Below are positions 1-10,277 of a stretch of DNA of 64,000 bases, piece after piece (within the stretch, counting starts at the first letter, position 1; each line of letters opens with the position of its first letter). The translations under genes were made by a program, and so were the position numbers. Source of the stretch: an uncultured delta proteobacterium (GTDB lineage Bacteria; Myxococcota_A; Polyangia; Palsa-1104); assembly GCA_963785725.1 (NCBI GenBank), contig CAWAWS010000033.1:32001-96000 (forward strand), read 5' to 3'. Below the pieces are notes generated by a model. That model did not search any database. It worked only from the letters and a program-made list of their open reading frames with translations, and was not told where the DNA came from.

Positions 1-419
1 AGATGACGACGCACAACATCGTGGCGATGATCGGCGACAAGGCCAAGCAGGTCATCTGCGCCGTCTGCAACTCGCGGCACGACTTCCGCGACGAGCCGCC
101 GGCGCGCCATCGCACCGCCGTGCGCAACGCCGCCGCCGCTGCCGCCGCCGCTGCCGCCGCCACCAACGGCGCCGGCTACGATGCCGGCGGCCGGCGCGTC
201 GAAGATCGTGAGCTGCTCAAGCGCCAAGAGGCGAAGAAGGCGCTGCAGCTGGAGCTCGCCAACGCGCCCGAGCCGCGGCCGTTCGATCCCAAGGGGCGCT
301 ATAAATCGGGCGAAATCATCGTCCATCCCGAGCACGGGCGCGGCAAGATCGAGAACGTGCTGCGTGGATCGCTGCTGGTGCGCTTCGTCGAGGGGCTCCG
401 TCCGCTCGATCTAGCCTGA
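1..419 (+). CDS. Conserved hypothetical protein, 5'-truncated (Zn-ribbon-like CxxC, C-terminal HPEHGRG beta module)
   Basis: ORF 3..419 with GC3-rich codons, 'HNIVAM..VICAVCNSRH' and 'YKSGEIIVHPEHGRGKIENV'; true start probably upstream of the window. Confidence 0.65.
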   Translation, partial: MTTHNIVAMIGDKAKQVICAVCNSRHDFRDEPPARHRTAVRNAAAAAAAAAAATNGAGYDAGGRRVEDRELLKRQEAKKALQLELANAPEPRPFDPKGRYKSGEIIVHPEHGRGKIENVLRGSLLVRFVEGLRPLDLA

Positions 420-441
420 AGCGAAGAACGGCTCGCCGCTC

Positions 442-2382
442 GTGGGTGCCATCTTAACCGTCCAGAACGTCGCCAAGTCGTTCGGCTCGCGCTCCGTCTT
501 GGAGGGCGTGTCGTTCGCCGTGTCGGATCGCGATCGCATCGGCATCGTCGGGCTCAACGGCGCCGGCAAGTCGACGCTCTTGAAGATCGTCGTCGCCGCC
601 GACACGGCCGACTCGGGCCTCGTCACGCGCCAGCGCGATCTGACGCTCGAATACGTCTCGCAGGAGCCGATCCTCGACGGCAAGAGCACGGTCGGCGCCG
701 TCGTGCGCGAAGGGCTGCGCGTGCACGCGCGGCTGTTGGCCGAGCTGGAGACGCTGGAAGCGACCATCGGCGAGCTCGGCGGCGACAAGCTGGACGCGGC
801 GCTGGCGCTGCAGGCCAAGCTGCACGCGGCCGTCGACGCCGCCGGCGGTTGGGAGCGCGAGCACGAGGTGCGCACGCTGGCCGCCGCGCTCGAGCTGCCG
901 CCGTTGGAAGCCATCGTCGGCAACCTCTCGGGCGGCGAGCGGCGGCGCGTCGCCTTGGCGCGCGCGATCCTGGCGCGCCCGTCGCTGCTCGCGCTCGACG
1001 AGCCGACGAACCATCTCGACGCCGAGACCGTCTCGTGGCTCGAAGAGCGGCTGCGTGACTGGCAAGGCGCGCTCCTCTTGGTGACGCACGATCGCTACTT
1101 CTTGGATCGCGTGGTCAACCGCATCCTCGAGATCGATCGCGGCAAGATCTACAGCTACGACGGCGGCTACACGCGCTTCTTGGAGCAGCAGTCGGAGCGG
1201 CTCGCCGGCGAGAGCGCCAAAGAGCAGGCGCGGCAGTCGTTCGTGCGCCGCGAGCTCGACTGGATTCGCCGTGGCCCGGCGGCGCGCTCGACGAAGCAGC
1301 AGGCGCGCATCGATCGCTTCGACGCGGTCGTGGCCGCGGCGCCGACCATCGACGACAAGCGCTCGGGCCCGATGGCGCTGCGACTGCCGACCGGCGGCCG
1401 CATGGGCAAGACGATCCTGGAGATGCAGGATCTCGGCAAGCGCATCCCCGGCCAAGTCGACGGCCGCTGGCTCTTCCGCGAGCTCAGCCTCATCATCAAG
1501 CCCGGCGATCGCATCGGCATCGTGGGACCGAACGGCGCCGGCAAGACGACGCTGGTGCGCACGCTGCTCGGTCAGATCGCGCCCGACGAAGGCAAAGTCG
1601 TCGTCGGCCAGAACACGCGCTTCTCGTATTTCGATCAGACGCGCGCCGATCTGCGCGCCGACAAGACCGTCATCGACGAGGTCTCCGACGGCAACGAGCA
1701 CGTCTATCTCGACGACGGCCCGGTGCACGTGCGGACGTTCTTGCGCATGCTGCTGTTCGACGACCGCTTCGCCGACACGCCGATCGGGACGCTCTCGGGC
1801 GGCGAGCGCAACCGCGTGCAGCTGGCGCGCCTCTTGCGCCGCGGCGGCAACTTGCTGGTGCTCGACGAGCCGACCAACGATCTCGACCTGATGACGCTGG
1901 GCGTGCTCGAAGAGGCGCTGCAGGAGTTCCCCGGCTGCGCGCTCATCGTGTCGCACGATCGCTGGTTCCTCGACAAAGTGGCGACGGCGATCCTGGCGTT
2001 CGAAGGCGATGGTCGTATCGGCTTTTACGAGGGCGATTATTCGTCATGGTCGAAGCGCGCCAAGGCCGCGGCCGACGCGGCAGCGGCGGCAGCCAAGCCG
2101 GCGCCGAAAGCCGCGCCGGTCGTCGTCGCCAAGCCGGCGGTCGCGGCCACGCCGGCGAAGAAGCTCAGCTTCAAAGAGCGGCACGAGCTCGACGGCATCG
2201 AAGCGGCGATCGCGACGGCGGAGGCGCGCGTCAACGAGCTGCAGGCGACGCTGAACGACCCGACGATCTACAAGTCGCGCGCCGCGGAGGTGCCGGCCAT
2301 CGTCGCGCAGCTCGACGCCGCGAAGCTCGAGGTCGATCGGCTGTACGCCCGCTGGCAAACGCTCGAAGCCTTGAAGTCGTAA
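442..2382 (+). CDS. uup: ABC-F family ATPase (Uup-like)
   Basis: Two ABC domains (GLNGAGKST / LSGGE / LDEPTNHLD and GPNGAGKTT / LSGGE / LDEPTNDLD), no TM segments, C-terminal coiled coil 'KKLSFKERHEL...LYARWQTLE'. Confidence 0.9.
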   Translation: MGAILTVQNVAKSFGSRSVLEGVSFAVSDRDRIGIVGLNGAGKSTLLKIVVAADTADSGLVTRQRDLTLEYVSQEPILDGKSTVGAVVREGLRVHARLLAELETLEATIGELGGDKLDAALALQAKLHAAVDAAGGWEREHEVRTLAAALELPPLEAIVGNLSGGERRRVALARAILARPSLLALDEPTNHLDAETVSWLEERLRDWQGALLLVTHDRYFLDRVVNRILEIDRGKIYSYDGGYTRFLEQQSERLAGESAKEQARQSFVRRELDWIRRGPAARSTKQQARIDRFDAVVAAAPTIDDKRSGPMALRLPTGGRMGKTILEMQDLGKRIPGQVDGRWLFRELSLIIKPGDRIGIVGPNGAGKTTLVRTLLGQIAPDEGKVVVGQNTRFSYFDQTRADLRADKTVIDEVSDGNEHVYLDDGPVHVRTFLRMLLFDDRFADTPIGTLSGGERNRVQLARLLRRGGNLLVLDEPTNDLDLMTLGVLEEALQEFPGCALIVSHDRWFLDKVATAILAFEGDGRIGFYEGDYSSWSKRAKAAADAAAAAAKPAPKAAPVVVAKPAVAATPAKKLSFKERHELDGIEAAIATAEARVNELQATLNDPTIYKSRAAEVPAIVAQLDAAKLEVDRLYARWQTLEALKS

Positions 2383-2554
2383 GCATTCCGGCCGCCGCAT
2401 CGTCGCCGTCAGCGCTCCCGCGTCGTCGCTCGCGCATCGCCGTCGGGTGCTCGCGTCGCGCCGGTTCGCCGTCACGCTTGGCTTTCCCGCGGCATCGCCG
2501 GCGGCGCTCGCCGGGCCATGGCACGAAGTCGGCGGCTTGCGTTACCATGGCAGC

Positions 2555-3421
2555 GTGCGCGACACCGCCGTGCTGCTCATCGACTGCCCCGACTCGCGCG
2601 GCATCGTCGCCGCCGTCAGCGAGTTCCTCTATCGCTACAACGCCAACATCTTGCATGCCGACCAGCATCAAGACGGCGAATTGCGGCTGTTCTTCATGCG
2701 CGTCGAGTTCGAGCTCGACGGCTTTCAGCTGCCGCTCGACGGCTTCGCCGCCGCCTTCGACGAGATCGCCGCCCGCTTCGCGATGAAGTGGCGCCTCGAG
2801 CGATCGACGGTGCGGCCGCGCTTGGCGCTGTTCGTGAGCCGCTACGATCACTGCCTGGCCGATCTCTTGTATCGCTGGCACGCGGGCGAGCTGCGCTGCG
2901 ACGTCGCCGCCGTCATCGGCAATCACGCCGATGCCGAGCCGCTGGCGCGCTTCTACCAAGTGCCGTTCCACCACATTCCCGTCGACAAAGCGGACGGCCC
3001 GCGCGGCAAGGCCGAGGCCGAGACGACCGAGCTCGGCATCTTGCGGCGCGAGCGCGTCAGCCTGGTGGTGCTCGCGCGTTACATGCAGGTCTTGTCGCCG
3101 CGCTTCGTGAACGAGTATCCGCAGCGCATCATCAACGTGCACCACTCGTTCTTGCCGGCGTTCGTCGGCGCCAAGCCGTACCATCAGGCGTTCGAGCGCG
3201 GCGTGAAGCTGATCGGCGCGTCGAGCCACTACGTGACGGCGGAGCTCGACGACGGCCCCATCATCGAGCAGTCGACGACGCGGATCTCGCACCGCGATCA
3301 GCTCGACGATCTGGTGCAAAAGGGGCGCGATTTGGAGAAGGAAGTGTTGTCGCGCGCGGTCCGCTGGCACGTCGAGCACCGCATCCTCGTGTACGGCAAG
3401 AAGACCGTCATCTTCGATTGA
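2555..3421 (+). CDS. purU: Formyltetrahydrofolate deformylase
   Basis: ACT domain 'CPDSRGIVAAVSEFL', then 'LARYMQVLS', 'INVHHSFLPAFVGAKPYHQAFERGVKLIGA', 'ELDDGPIIEQ'; start taken at GTG 2555. Confidence 0.95.
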   Translation: MRDTAVLLIDCPDSRGIVAAVSEFLYRYNANILHADQHQDGELRLFFMRVEFELDGFQLPLDGFAAAFDEIAARFAMKWRLERSTVRPRLALFVSRYDHCLADLLYRWHAGELRCDVAAVIGNHADAEPLARFYQVPFHHIPVDKADGPRGKAEAETTELGILRRERVSLVVLARYMQVLSPRFVNEYPQRIINVHHSFLPAFVGAKPYHQAFERGVKLIGASSHYVTAELDDGPIIEQSTTRISHRDQLDDLVQKGRDLEKEVLSRAVRWHVEHRILVYGKKTVIFD

Positions 3422-3678
3422 ATCCCGAACGTCCGTCGCCGCTCGCGCGCGCGGGTTGACGGCTGAGCGACTGGCGGAGACGCGCGGACGGGCTGGGCCC
3501 GCGTCGGCTATCGTCGGCGGCCCGGTCCAGCGAGGAATCGGCCGCGCGTCGGAGCCCCGTCGTGCCGGCCAGCGGTGGATCGCGCACGGCGATCGCATGG
3601 TTTATCGCGGGCTCGGTCTCGCAGCGCCGACGTTCGCCCCCAAACGCAACGCCAGCGACGCGCACAGCTTCGCGAAGT

Positions 3679-6600
3679 CTAGAAGCCGGGGAGGATCATG
3701 CGGGCGAAGCGATCGGGGTTGCTGACGTTCTGCCGGCGCATCCAGCCGTCCATGGTGGCGACGAGCGCCGCGCCTTCGTCGCCGCCGACGAGGCGGCCGC
3801 GACGGCCGCGGGCGACGGCGGCGTGCATCGCCATGTCGGCCTCGTCGAACGCCAGCGCGGCGCGCGCGAGCAGCGTCTGCGCCGTCGCGTCGTCGCCGTC
3901 GAGGTGCGCGGCGGCGGCGCGCAGGGCGGCGGCGGCGGCGGCGGCGTAGCTGATCGTCTCTTTGTCCATGCGTTTGGCGGCGGCGCGCGCTTCGGCCAGC
4001 AGCGGCTTCTTGCGCTCGGCCGGCGCCGACGCGGCCGCCGCCAGCGCCGCGCGGCCGCGCAGCTCGAGGAGCCCGGCGCGCAAGAGCGGCAGCTCGAGCA
4101 GAAACGAGCGCTCGACGAGCGGCCACAACGCCTGCGCCCGCTCCCACGCGCCCGCGCCGTCGCCGCTGTAGAGCTCGATCTGGCCCATCGAGAACGCGTG
4201 GAAGACGTGCTGCGCATGAAAGCCCGAGCGCGACCAGTGGCCGATGGCGTCTTCACATTCGCCGCGCGCTTCGTCGGGCAGATCTTGCACCAGCCAGATG
4301 ATGTTGGGCTCGCCGAGACGCAGGACCGTCGCCGCGTAGCGATCGCCGCGCTGCTCGGCCTCTTGCAGCGACGCGGTGACGTTCTTCGCCAGCTCCGACA
4401 GCTCGCCCATGCGCGCCAAGCTGACGGCGCGCATGAGATTCGTCGTCGACAGCTCCCAGGCGACGCCGCTGCAGCGCTCGCGCAGGAGTCGTTCGACGGC
4501 GTCGAGCTGCGGCAAGCAGGCGCGCCAACGACCTTGCGAGTTGGCGAGGATGGCGCGCGACGCCAGCGCCAACGCTTCGGCGTGCGCATCGCCCAGCTCC
4601 TCGGCGAGACGGCGCGCGTCACCGGCGAGCGCGTCGACGCGGGCGGCGCGCGCGTCGCCTTGCATGGCGTCGATGCAGGCGGCGAACGCGAACGCGCGCG
4701 CGACGCGGGAAGGCTCGCCGAGCTGCAGCGCCAGCCGCAAATGCAGCGCGCCGAAGCCGGCGCCGCGCACGGGATCGATGTTCGCCAGGCCGACGGCGAG
4801 CGACCACGCGGTGTCGACGCGCGCCAGCTGCGCCGGCGGCAGCTCGGCCGCGCGCCGTCGCGTGAAGCGCAGGCCGCGCATCGCCAGCTGCGCCCGTTGC
4901 CACGCCAGCGCGGCGAAGGCGCCGCGCGACGTCGCCGGGACGCTCAGCTTGACCGCCGCCAACACCGGCTGCAGCGCCGCCAGGCCGTCGTCGACGAAGC
5001 CGGAGCGCAAGAGCTGCTCGGACGCCTGCCGGCGCAGCTCGAGCGCGTCGGCGGGCGCCGCGTCGCCGGCCGCGGCCAAGTATGCGCGCGCCGCTTCCGA
5101 GCCGCGACCGGTGCGCGCCAGCGCGTCGCCGAGCCGCACCTGCAGCGCGTGCACGTCGGGGCTGCCCGGCGGTCGCAAGAGGAGCGTCTGCCGATAGAGC
5201 TGCGCCGCGCGCTCGAACGCCAGCGCCTTCGAGGCGCGCTCGGCCGCTTGCGCGGCATAACCCGCCGCTTTGTCGTTGTCGCCGGCGCCTTGCCAATGCG
5301 CGGCCAGCGCCTCGGGATCGGCGCGACCGGTCGACTCGAGGCCGAGCGCCACGCGTTCGTGCGCGCGGCGCAGCTCGGCCGGCGAGCGACCGGCCTGCAC
5401 CGCGGCGCGTACCCGATCGTGATAGGGCTCGATGAGGTCCGACGGTCGCGGCCCCGACGAGCGCACCAGGTTGGCCGCGCGCAGCGTCGCCGCCTGCTGG
5501 GCGAACTCCTCGAAGCCGAGGTCGGCGGCGCGGGCGGCGGCGTGCTGGGCGAGCGGCCCGCCGGCGACGGACACGAGCTCGAGCACGTGCTGCGCATCGG
5601 CGGGCAGGCGGCGCACGCGCTCGCGCAGGGCTTCGTCGAGGTGCAGCGGCCCTTCGCGTTCGGCGCCCGTCGCCGCGGCGTGACGAACGAGCTCGTCGAT
5701 GAACAGCGGATGGCCGCCGGCCTCGTCGGCGATGGCCGCGCCGGCGGTCGACGCCGTGGACGACGACGCGCCCTGCTCGGCGAGCAGCGCCGCGGCCAGC
5801 TGGCGCGCCTCGTCGGGCGGCAAGCGCGCGAGGAATATCGTCTGCGTCGTCGAGCTGGCGAGCGGCGTGCGCAGGTCGTGGCGGGCGTCGGCGGCGGCGT
5901 CGGCGGGCGCGGCGTCGGGGAAGATGGGCACGCCGCGCGGCGCCGTCGGCGCGTGGCTATGCGCGCCCGGCGCGCCGCTCGCCGCGGCCGGCTCGGAAGC
6001 GGCGACCGCGTTCTGCGCGACGGTGGCGTTGGTCGCGCTCGCCGAATTCGTCGCGCCTGCCGAATTCGCTGCTGCCGCTGCATTCGCTGCGGTCGCTGCA
6101 TTCGCTGCTGCTGCTGCTGAATTCGCGGCAACCGCCGAATTAGCGGCGCTCGCTGAATTCGATGCTGCCGCTGCATTCGCTGCTGCCGCTGCATTCGCTG
6201 CGCGCGCCACACGCGAAGCCGTCGACGTTGGGCTTCCGCTCGCCCCTGCGGCGGCGCTCGTCGATGACGTGCGCGCGACGCTGGCGGCGCTCGCCGTCGA
6301 CGTGCGCTCCGAAGCCGTCTCGACCACGAGCGCCGTCGAGGTATCGCGCCCGACAGCCGGCTGTGCCGCGGCCGACGCCTGTCCGGCGGGCGAAGCCAAC
6401 CGCGCCGACGCTTCGCCGCGCCGCGCTTCCGCCGATGACGCGACTGCGCTCGCCGCCGCGTCGGTCGGCTCGCCCAGGCCACGTGGCGCGCGGCTCGTCG
6501 GCGCAGTCGTCGTCGCCGCGGCAGCGTCAGCGGTTGGCACGCCGGAGGTCGCAGCGCCGGCGACCGCCGGAGCTTCCGCGCCGACCGCCCCCACCGTGGC

Positions 6601-8451
6601 CACGTGCGCGGGCGCATGCGGCACGGGCGTCAACGCCACCGGCGTGGGCGCGGTCGTCGTGTACGCGACATCGGAGTGCGTCAGGTCGCGGCGCGCGCCG
6701 TCGGCTTGCACGCGCGCCACCGGCCCGTCGACGCGGGCGCCGCCGCCGGTCGCGTCCTTCGCCTCGGTCGCCGCAGCGGCGCTGGCGCCGCGTGCCGCCG
6801 CATCGTCGGTGCGCCCACCGAGCGACGCCGCGACGACTTCGGCGGTCGCGCCGTCGCCGAGCGCCGCGCGTGCCAGCCGACCGCCACCGTCGTGCGCATC
6901 CTCGGCCGCGCGCACCGTCGCCAACAGCAGCATCGGCGGCGCGTCGGGCGCGCGCGTGACGGCCTCGAGCAGCGCCAGCGAATCGGCGTCCGCCCACTGC
7001 AAATCGTCGACGACCAGGACCAGCGGGCGCGACTGACCGAGCTGCGTCAACAGCTCCCGCAGCGCGCCGAACAGCCGTTGCCGCAGCTGCTGCGGATCGA
7101 CGTCGTGCGACGGACGCGGCGCCTGCGCCATCGCCTCCACGCGCCGCAAGACCGGAAAGACCTCGGCCAACAGGCCCGCGCGCTGCGGCAACAGCGCCGC
7201 CGCTTCGCGCTTGGGCAGCTTCGAGAGCCAGCGCGCCAACGCGTCGACGACGCCATCGACCGCTTTGTACGGCACGCTCTCGCGCTCGTAGCAGCGACCT
7301 TGCAAGACGACGGCTTCGGGCACGGCGGCGCGCAGCCGGCGCACGAAGTGGCGCACGAGCGCGCTCTTGCCGACGCCCGATTCGCCGCACACGTGCAGCG
7401 TCGTCGCCACGCCGGTGCGCACCTGCTCGAAGGCCGCCTCCAGCGCCGCCAGCTCGTCGCGGCGACCGACGAACGGCCGTTCGCGCGCGCGATCGCGCAG
7501 GTCGGGCGTGGCGCCCACGTTGCCGCGCGACAGCCGATCGTACAGCTCGCGCGCGCCATGGCGTTGCCGCGGATCCTTGCGCAACAGGCCCGCGCACAGC
7601 GCGTCGAGATCGGCCGGCACTTCGGGCGCCAGCGAGCGCGGCGGCGGCGGCTCGTGCGCCTGTTTTTGCAGCAGCACCTCGAGCGGCGCGCCCGAAAACG
7701 GCACGCCGCCCGTCAACGCTTCGTAGAGGATGACGCCGACCGAATACCAGTCGGCCTCGGGACCGACCTTGCGCGCCGAGGCTTGCTCGGGCGCCATGTA
7801 ATCGGCGGTGCCGACGACGCGAATGTCGCTCTGATCGGGTCGCGCCGCCGACGTGGCCAGACCAAAGTCGAGCAGCACGGCGCGCCCGCTCGGCTCGACG
7901 AGAATGTTGGACGGCTTGATGTCGCGGTGGACGACGCCGGCCGCGTGCAGCGCGGTCACGCCGTGCGCGAGCGACAACAGCGAGGCGCGCAGGCGGGCGA
8001 CGTCGAGCGGAAACGTCGGTCGCAAGAGACGGCCGCTCGGCGGCGGCAAAGTCGCCGCGCGGCGCAGCGGGTCGGCGCTCGGCGTCGGGTCCAGGCGCGG
8101 CTCGGAGACGGCGTGGTCAGACCAATGGTCGCGCGCCGGCCGCACCCAATCGAGCAGATCGACGCCGTCGACGAGCTCCATCGTGAAGAACCACTGCCCC
8201 GCGTCGCAGATGAGCTCGCCGAGCGTGCACAAGTTGGGGTGCGACAGATCTTGGAGCGCGCGAAACTCGTTCTTGAAGCGCAGGATTCCTTCGGCCGACA
8301 ACGTGCGCAGCGTCTTGATGGCGACGCGCGCGCGCCGCTCGCGATCCCAGGCTTCGTAGACGACGCCCATGCCGCCTTCGCCGAGCCGCCGACGCACGTC
8401 GAACCGCCCGGTGCTGCGGAAGTCCGACTCAGCCAAGGGCGCCACGCGCAT
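3679..8451 (-). CDS. Ser/Thr protein kinase fused to AAA/STAND ATPase and helical repeat region, with a long Ala-rich insertion
   Basis: Kinase motifs LGEGGMGVVY, HRDIKPSN, DFG, GTADYMAPEQ; Walker A GESGVGKS; Walker B LVVDDLQWAD; GGHPLF. Confidence 0.9.
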   Translation of the reverse strand: MRVAPLAESDFRSTGRFDVRRRLGEGGMGVVYEAWDRERRARVAIKTLRTLSAEGILRFKNEFRALQDLSHPNLCTLGELICDAGQWFFTMELVDGVDLLDWVRPARDHWSDHAVSEPRLDPTPSADPLRRAATLPPPSGRLLRPTFPLDVARLRASLLSLAHGVTALHAAGVVHRDIKPSNILVEPSGRAVLLDFGLATSAARPDQSDIRVVGTADYMAPEQASARKVGPEADWYSVGVILYEALTGGVPFSGAPLEVLLQKQAHEPPPPRSLAPEVPADLDALCAGLLRKDPRQRHGARELYDRLSRGNVGATPDLRDRARERPFVGRRDELAALEAAFEQVRTGVATTLHVCGESGVGKSALVRHFVRRLRAAVPEAVVLQGRCYERESVPYKAVDGVVDALARWLSKLPKREAAALLPQRAGLLAEVFPVLRRVEAMAQAPRPSHDVDPQQLRQRLFGALRELLTQLGQSRPLVLVVDDLQWADADSLALLEAVTRAPDAPPMLLLATVRAAEDAHDGGGRLARAALGDGATAEVVAASLGGRTDDAAARGASAAAATEAKDATGGGARVDGPVARVQADGARRDLTHSDVAYTTTAPTPVALTPVPHAPAHVATVGAVGAEAPAVAGAATSGVPTADAAAATTTAPTSRAPRGLGEPTDAAASAVASSAEARRGEASARLASPAGQASAAAQPAVGRDTSTALVVETASERTSTASAASVARTSSTSAAAGASGSPTSTASRVARAANAAAAANAAAASNSASAANSAVAANSAAAAANAATAANAAAAANSAGATNSASATNATVAQNAVAASEPAAASGAPGAHSHAPTAPRGVPIFPDAAPADAAADARHDLRTPLASSTTQTIFLARLPPDEARQLAAALLAEQGASSSTASTAGAAIADEAGGHPLFIDELVRHAAATGAEREGPLHLDEALRERVRRLPADAQHVLELVSVAGGPLAQHAAARAADLGFEEFAQQAATLRAANLVRSSGPRPSDLIEPYHDRVRAAVQAGRSPAELRRAHERVALGLESTGRADPEALAAHWQGAGDNDKAAGYAAQAAERASKALAFERAAQLYRQTLLLRPPGSPDVHALQVRLGDALARTGRGSEAARAYLAAAGDAAPADALELRRQASEQLLRSGFVDDGLAALQPVLAAVKLSVPATSRGAFAALAWQRAQLAMRGLRFTRRRAAELPPAQLARVDTAWSLAVGLANIDPVRGAGFGALHLRLALQLGEPSRVARAFAFAACIDAMQGDARAARVDALAGDARRLAEELGDAHAEALALASRAILANSQGRWRACLPQLDAVERLLRERCSGVAWELSTTNLMRAVSLARMGELSELAKNVTASLQEAEQRGDRYAATVLRLGEPNIIWLVQDLPDEARGECEDAIGHWSRSGFHAQHVFHAFSMGQIELYSGDGAGAWERAQALWPLVERSFLLELPLLRAGLLELRGRAALAAAASAPAERKKPLLAEARAAAKRMDKETISYAAAAAAALRAAAAHLDGDDATAQTLLARAALAFDEADMAMHAAVARGRRGRLVGGDEGAALVATMDGWMRRQNVSNPDRFARMILPGF

Positions 8452-8527
8452 TCAGTGTAACGCGCGGCGTCGGCGTTGCGAAGAGCCGCCGAAGTAGGAG
8501 CCGCCCCCACTCCGCCGCCGAAACGAT

Positions 8528-8604
8528 TGGTTCGACCACCGTCGGAATTGGTTTAACCATTGCGGCGATTGGTTTAACCATTGCGGCGATTGGTTTAACC
8601 ATTG
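8528..8604. repeat. Tandem array of 4 x 21 bp units, each carrying TGGTTTAACCA (first copy degenerate)
   Basis: Core starts at 8528, 8549, 8570, 8591; unit ttggtttaaccattgcggcga. Confidence 0.95.
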
Positions 8605-8654
8605 CGGGGCGAAGTCGCCCACGAAGCGCCTGCTGCCGCTCGGCAGTGACGGGA

Positions 8655-9443
8655 TCAGCCGCCGCAGAAGAGGACGACCGAGCCGCTGTCGCCGCGCGTC
8701 GACGACCAGCTGGCGTCGGCGCTGCCGTCGAACTTCAGCGTCAGCGTCTCGTGCGAGAGGCCGCCGGTGTGCGTGATGGTGCCGGCGGTCGGGCAGGCGC
8801 TCTTGCAGCGCGCGTAGCCGGCGACGGTCGTCGACCACACGGCGGTGCCAATCGTCGTGGACCAGGCGCCGTCGAGCGTGGCGCATTCGGTGCTGGTGTT
8901 CCAGCTGGCCGTGTAGTCGCCCTTGCGCGTGATGCCGTAGCCGCGCGCGCCGGTGCCGCTACCCTCGCTGGTGACGCTGAGCTGCTTGTTGCCGCCCGAG
9001 ACGCTGTAGACGGCCTGCGAGTCGAAGTCGAGGCTGGCGCCGTTGACGGCGAGCGCGTTGGCGGTGATGGCGGCGTGGATGCCGTCGCTCTGGACGGTGT
9101 AGGTCACGGTGGCGACGCCGCTGACATGCGCGAGGCCCCACGGGCCGCTGCAGTCGGTGAGCGTATAGGTGACGACGTTGCCGGCGGCGGCAGCGACGAC
9201 GCAGCTGGCCGGCTGATACCAGCTCTTGACGCTGGCCGACGCCACCGTCGCCGCGCCGGCGTCCGTGGCTGCGCTCTCGGTGCCGTCGGTGGTGGTGATG
9301 TAGAGCGCGCTCTCGGTCGAGGTCGCGTCGCTGGAGTCGAGGGCGGCGCTGGCGTTACCCACATCGGTGCCGCCGGCGGCGGCGCCGCCGCAGCCGAGCA
9401 AAAGCGTCGTCGAAAGCAGGCCGAGCATGAGGTCGTAGCGCAT
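8655..9443 (-). CDS. Hypothetical lipoprotein (beta-rich, Cys-containing)
   Basis: Signal peptide with lipobox 'MRYDLMLGLLSTTLLLGC'; start at ATG 9443. Confidence 0.75.
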   Translation of the reverse strand: MRYDLMLGLLSTTLLLGCGGAAAGGTDVGNASAALDSSDATSTESALYITTTDGTESAATDAGAATVASASVKSWYQPASCVVAAAAGNVVTYTLTDCSGPWGLAHVSGVATVTYTVQSDGIHAAITANALAVNGASLDFDSQAVYSVSGGNKQLSVTSEGSGTGARGYGITRKGDYTASWNTSTECATLDGAWSTTIGTAVWSTTVAGYARCKSACPTAGTITHTGGLSHETLTLKFDGSADASWSSTRGDSGSVVLFCGG

Positions 9444-9869
9444 CGGGAAGGCTCCTCGTCGATTGGTCGACGACCGCGGTGATTGCAACCCGAGGACCAG
9501 CCGAATCGCCCCGCAGCGTAACCGCTTCCCGCGCGCGCCGAGACGCGCCGACTCAGCGCCGAGAGACGCCCCGGCTCAGTAGGCGCACCTTCGGCGATCG
9601 GCGCCGCGCATTGGTTTGACCATTGGGCGCGACGTCGTGGCGGCACATGTCGAGTCGCCACGTACGCCGACGCGAGGCAGGTCGCCGCAAGACCTGCGGC
9701 GGAGGCACGCGTGCGCCCGGTGGGCGCGCGTGCCGGAGCTCCTGCGCGCCGGCCATCGGTGGAGCGCGCACAGGGGTGAATAGCTTATGGCGGGCTCGGT
9801 CTCGAAGCGCCGACGTTCGCCAACAGCAGCAAACGCAGGAGACGAGTAAGCCTTCGCGCGTCGGCAGAG

Positions 9870-10256
9870 TTGGCCAAACCATTCGGCCGTCGTCGCGCTC
9901 GGTCTCGCGGCTAGATCGTGCAGCAGCAGCGGCAGCAGTTAACCATTCGGCCGTCGTCGTTAGATCATGCAGCAGCAATGGTTAACCATTCGGCCGTCGT
10001 CGTTGGATCATGCAGCAGCCAGCAGCAGTTAAACCCGGCCATCGTGGCTAAATCATGCTGCGGCCAGCAGCAGCTAAGCCATTCGCCGTCGTCGTTAATT
10101 ATGCTGCAGCAATGGTTTAACCATTCGGCCGTCGTCGTTAATCATGCTGCAGCAATGGTTTAACCATTCGGTCGTCGTCGTTCATCATGCTGCAGCAATG
10201 GTTTAACCATTCGGTCGTCGTCGTTCATCATGCTGCAGCAATGGTTTAACCATTCG
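9870..10256. repeat. Tandem array of about 43 bp units containing TGGTTTAACCA, degenerating leftwards
   Basis: Exact cores at 10113, 10156, 10199, 10242 (period 43); unit gcagcaatggtttaaccattcggtcgtcgtcgttcatcatgct; looser copies back to about 9870. Confidence 0.9.
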
Positions 10257-10277
10257 GGGGCTGACATGCTGGTTCTG

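Noticed and set aside
5850..6905. Intein in the kinase ATPase domain
   Set aside because: No C-terminal HN-C/S/T splice motif or endonuclease motifs; the sequence is low-complexity
3562..8460. Long antisense or alternative-frame ORFs (e.g. 3562..6120, 6604..8460; likewise 23795..26944, 56324..58402)
   Set aside because: Shadow ORFs of high-GC genes: Arg/Ala/Pro-rich, no motifs, overlapping well-supported CDSs
9870..10256. CRISPR array (also considered for 20480-20850, 31360-31660 and 34428-34765)
   Set aside because: The whole unit repeats with no unique spacers, and there are no cas genes in the window
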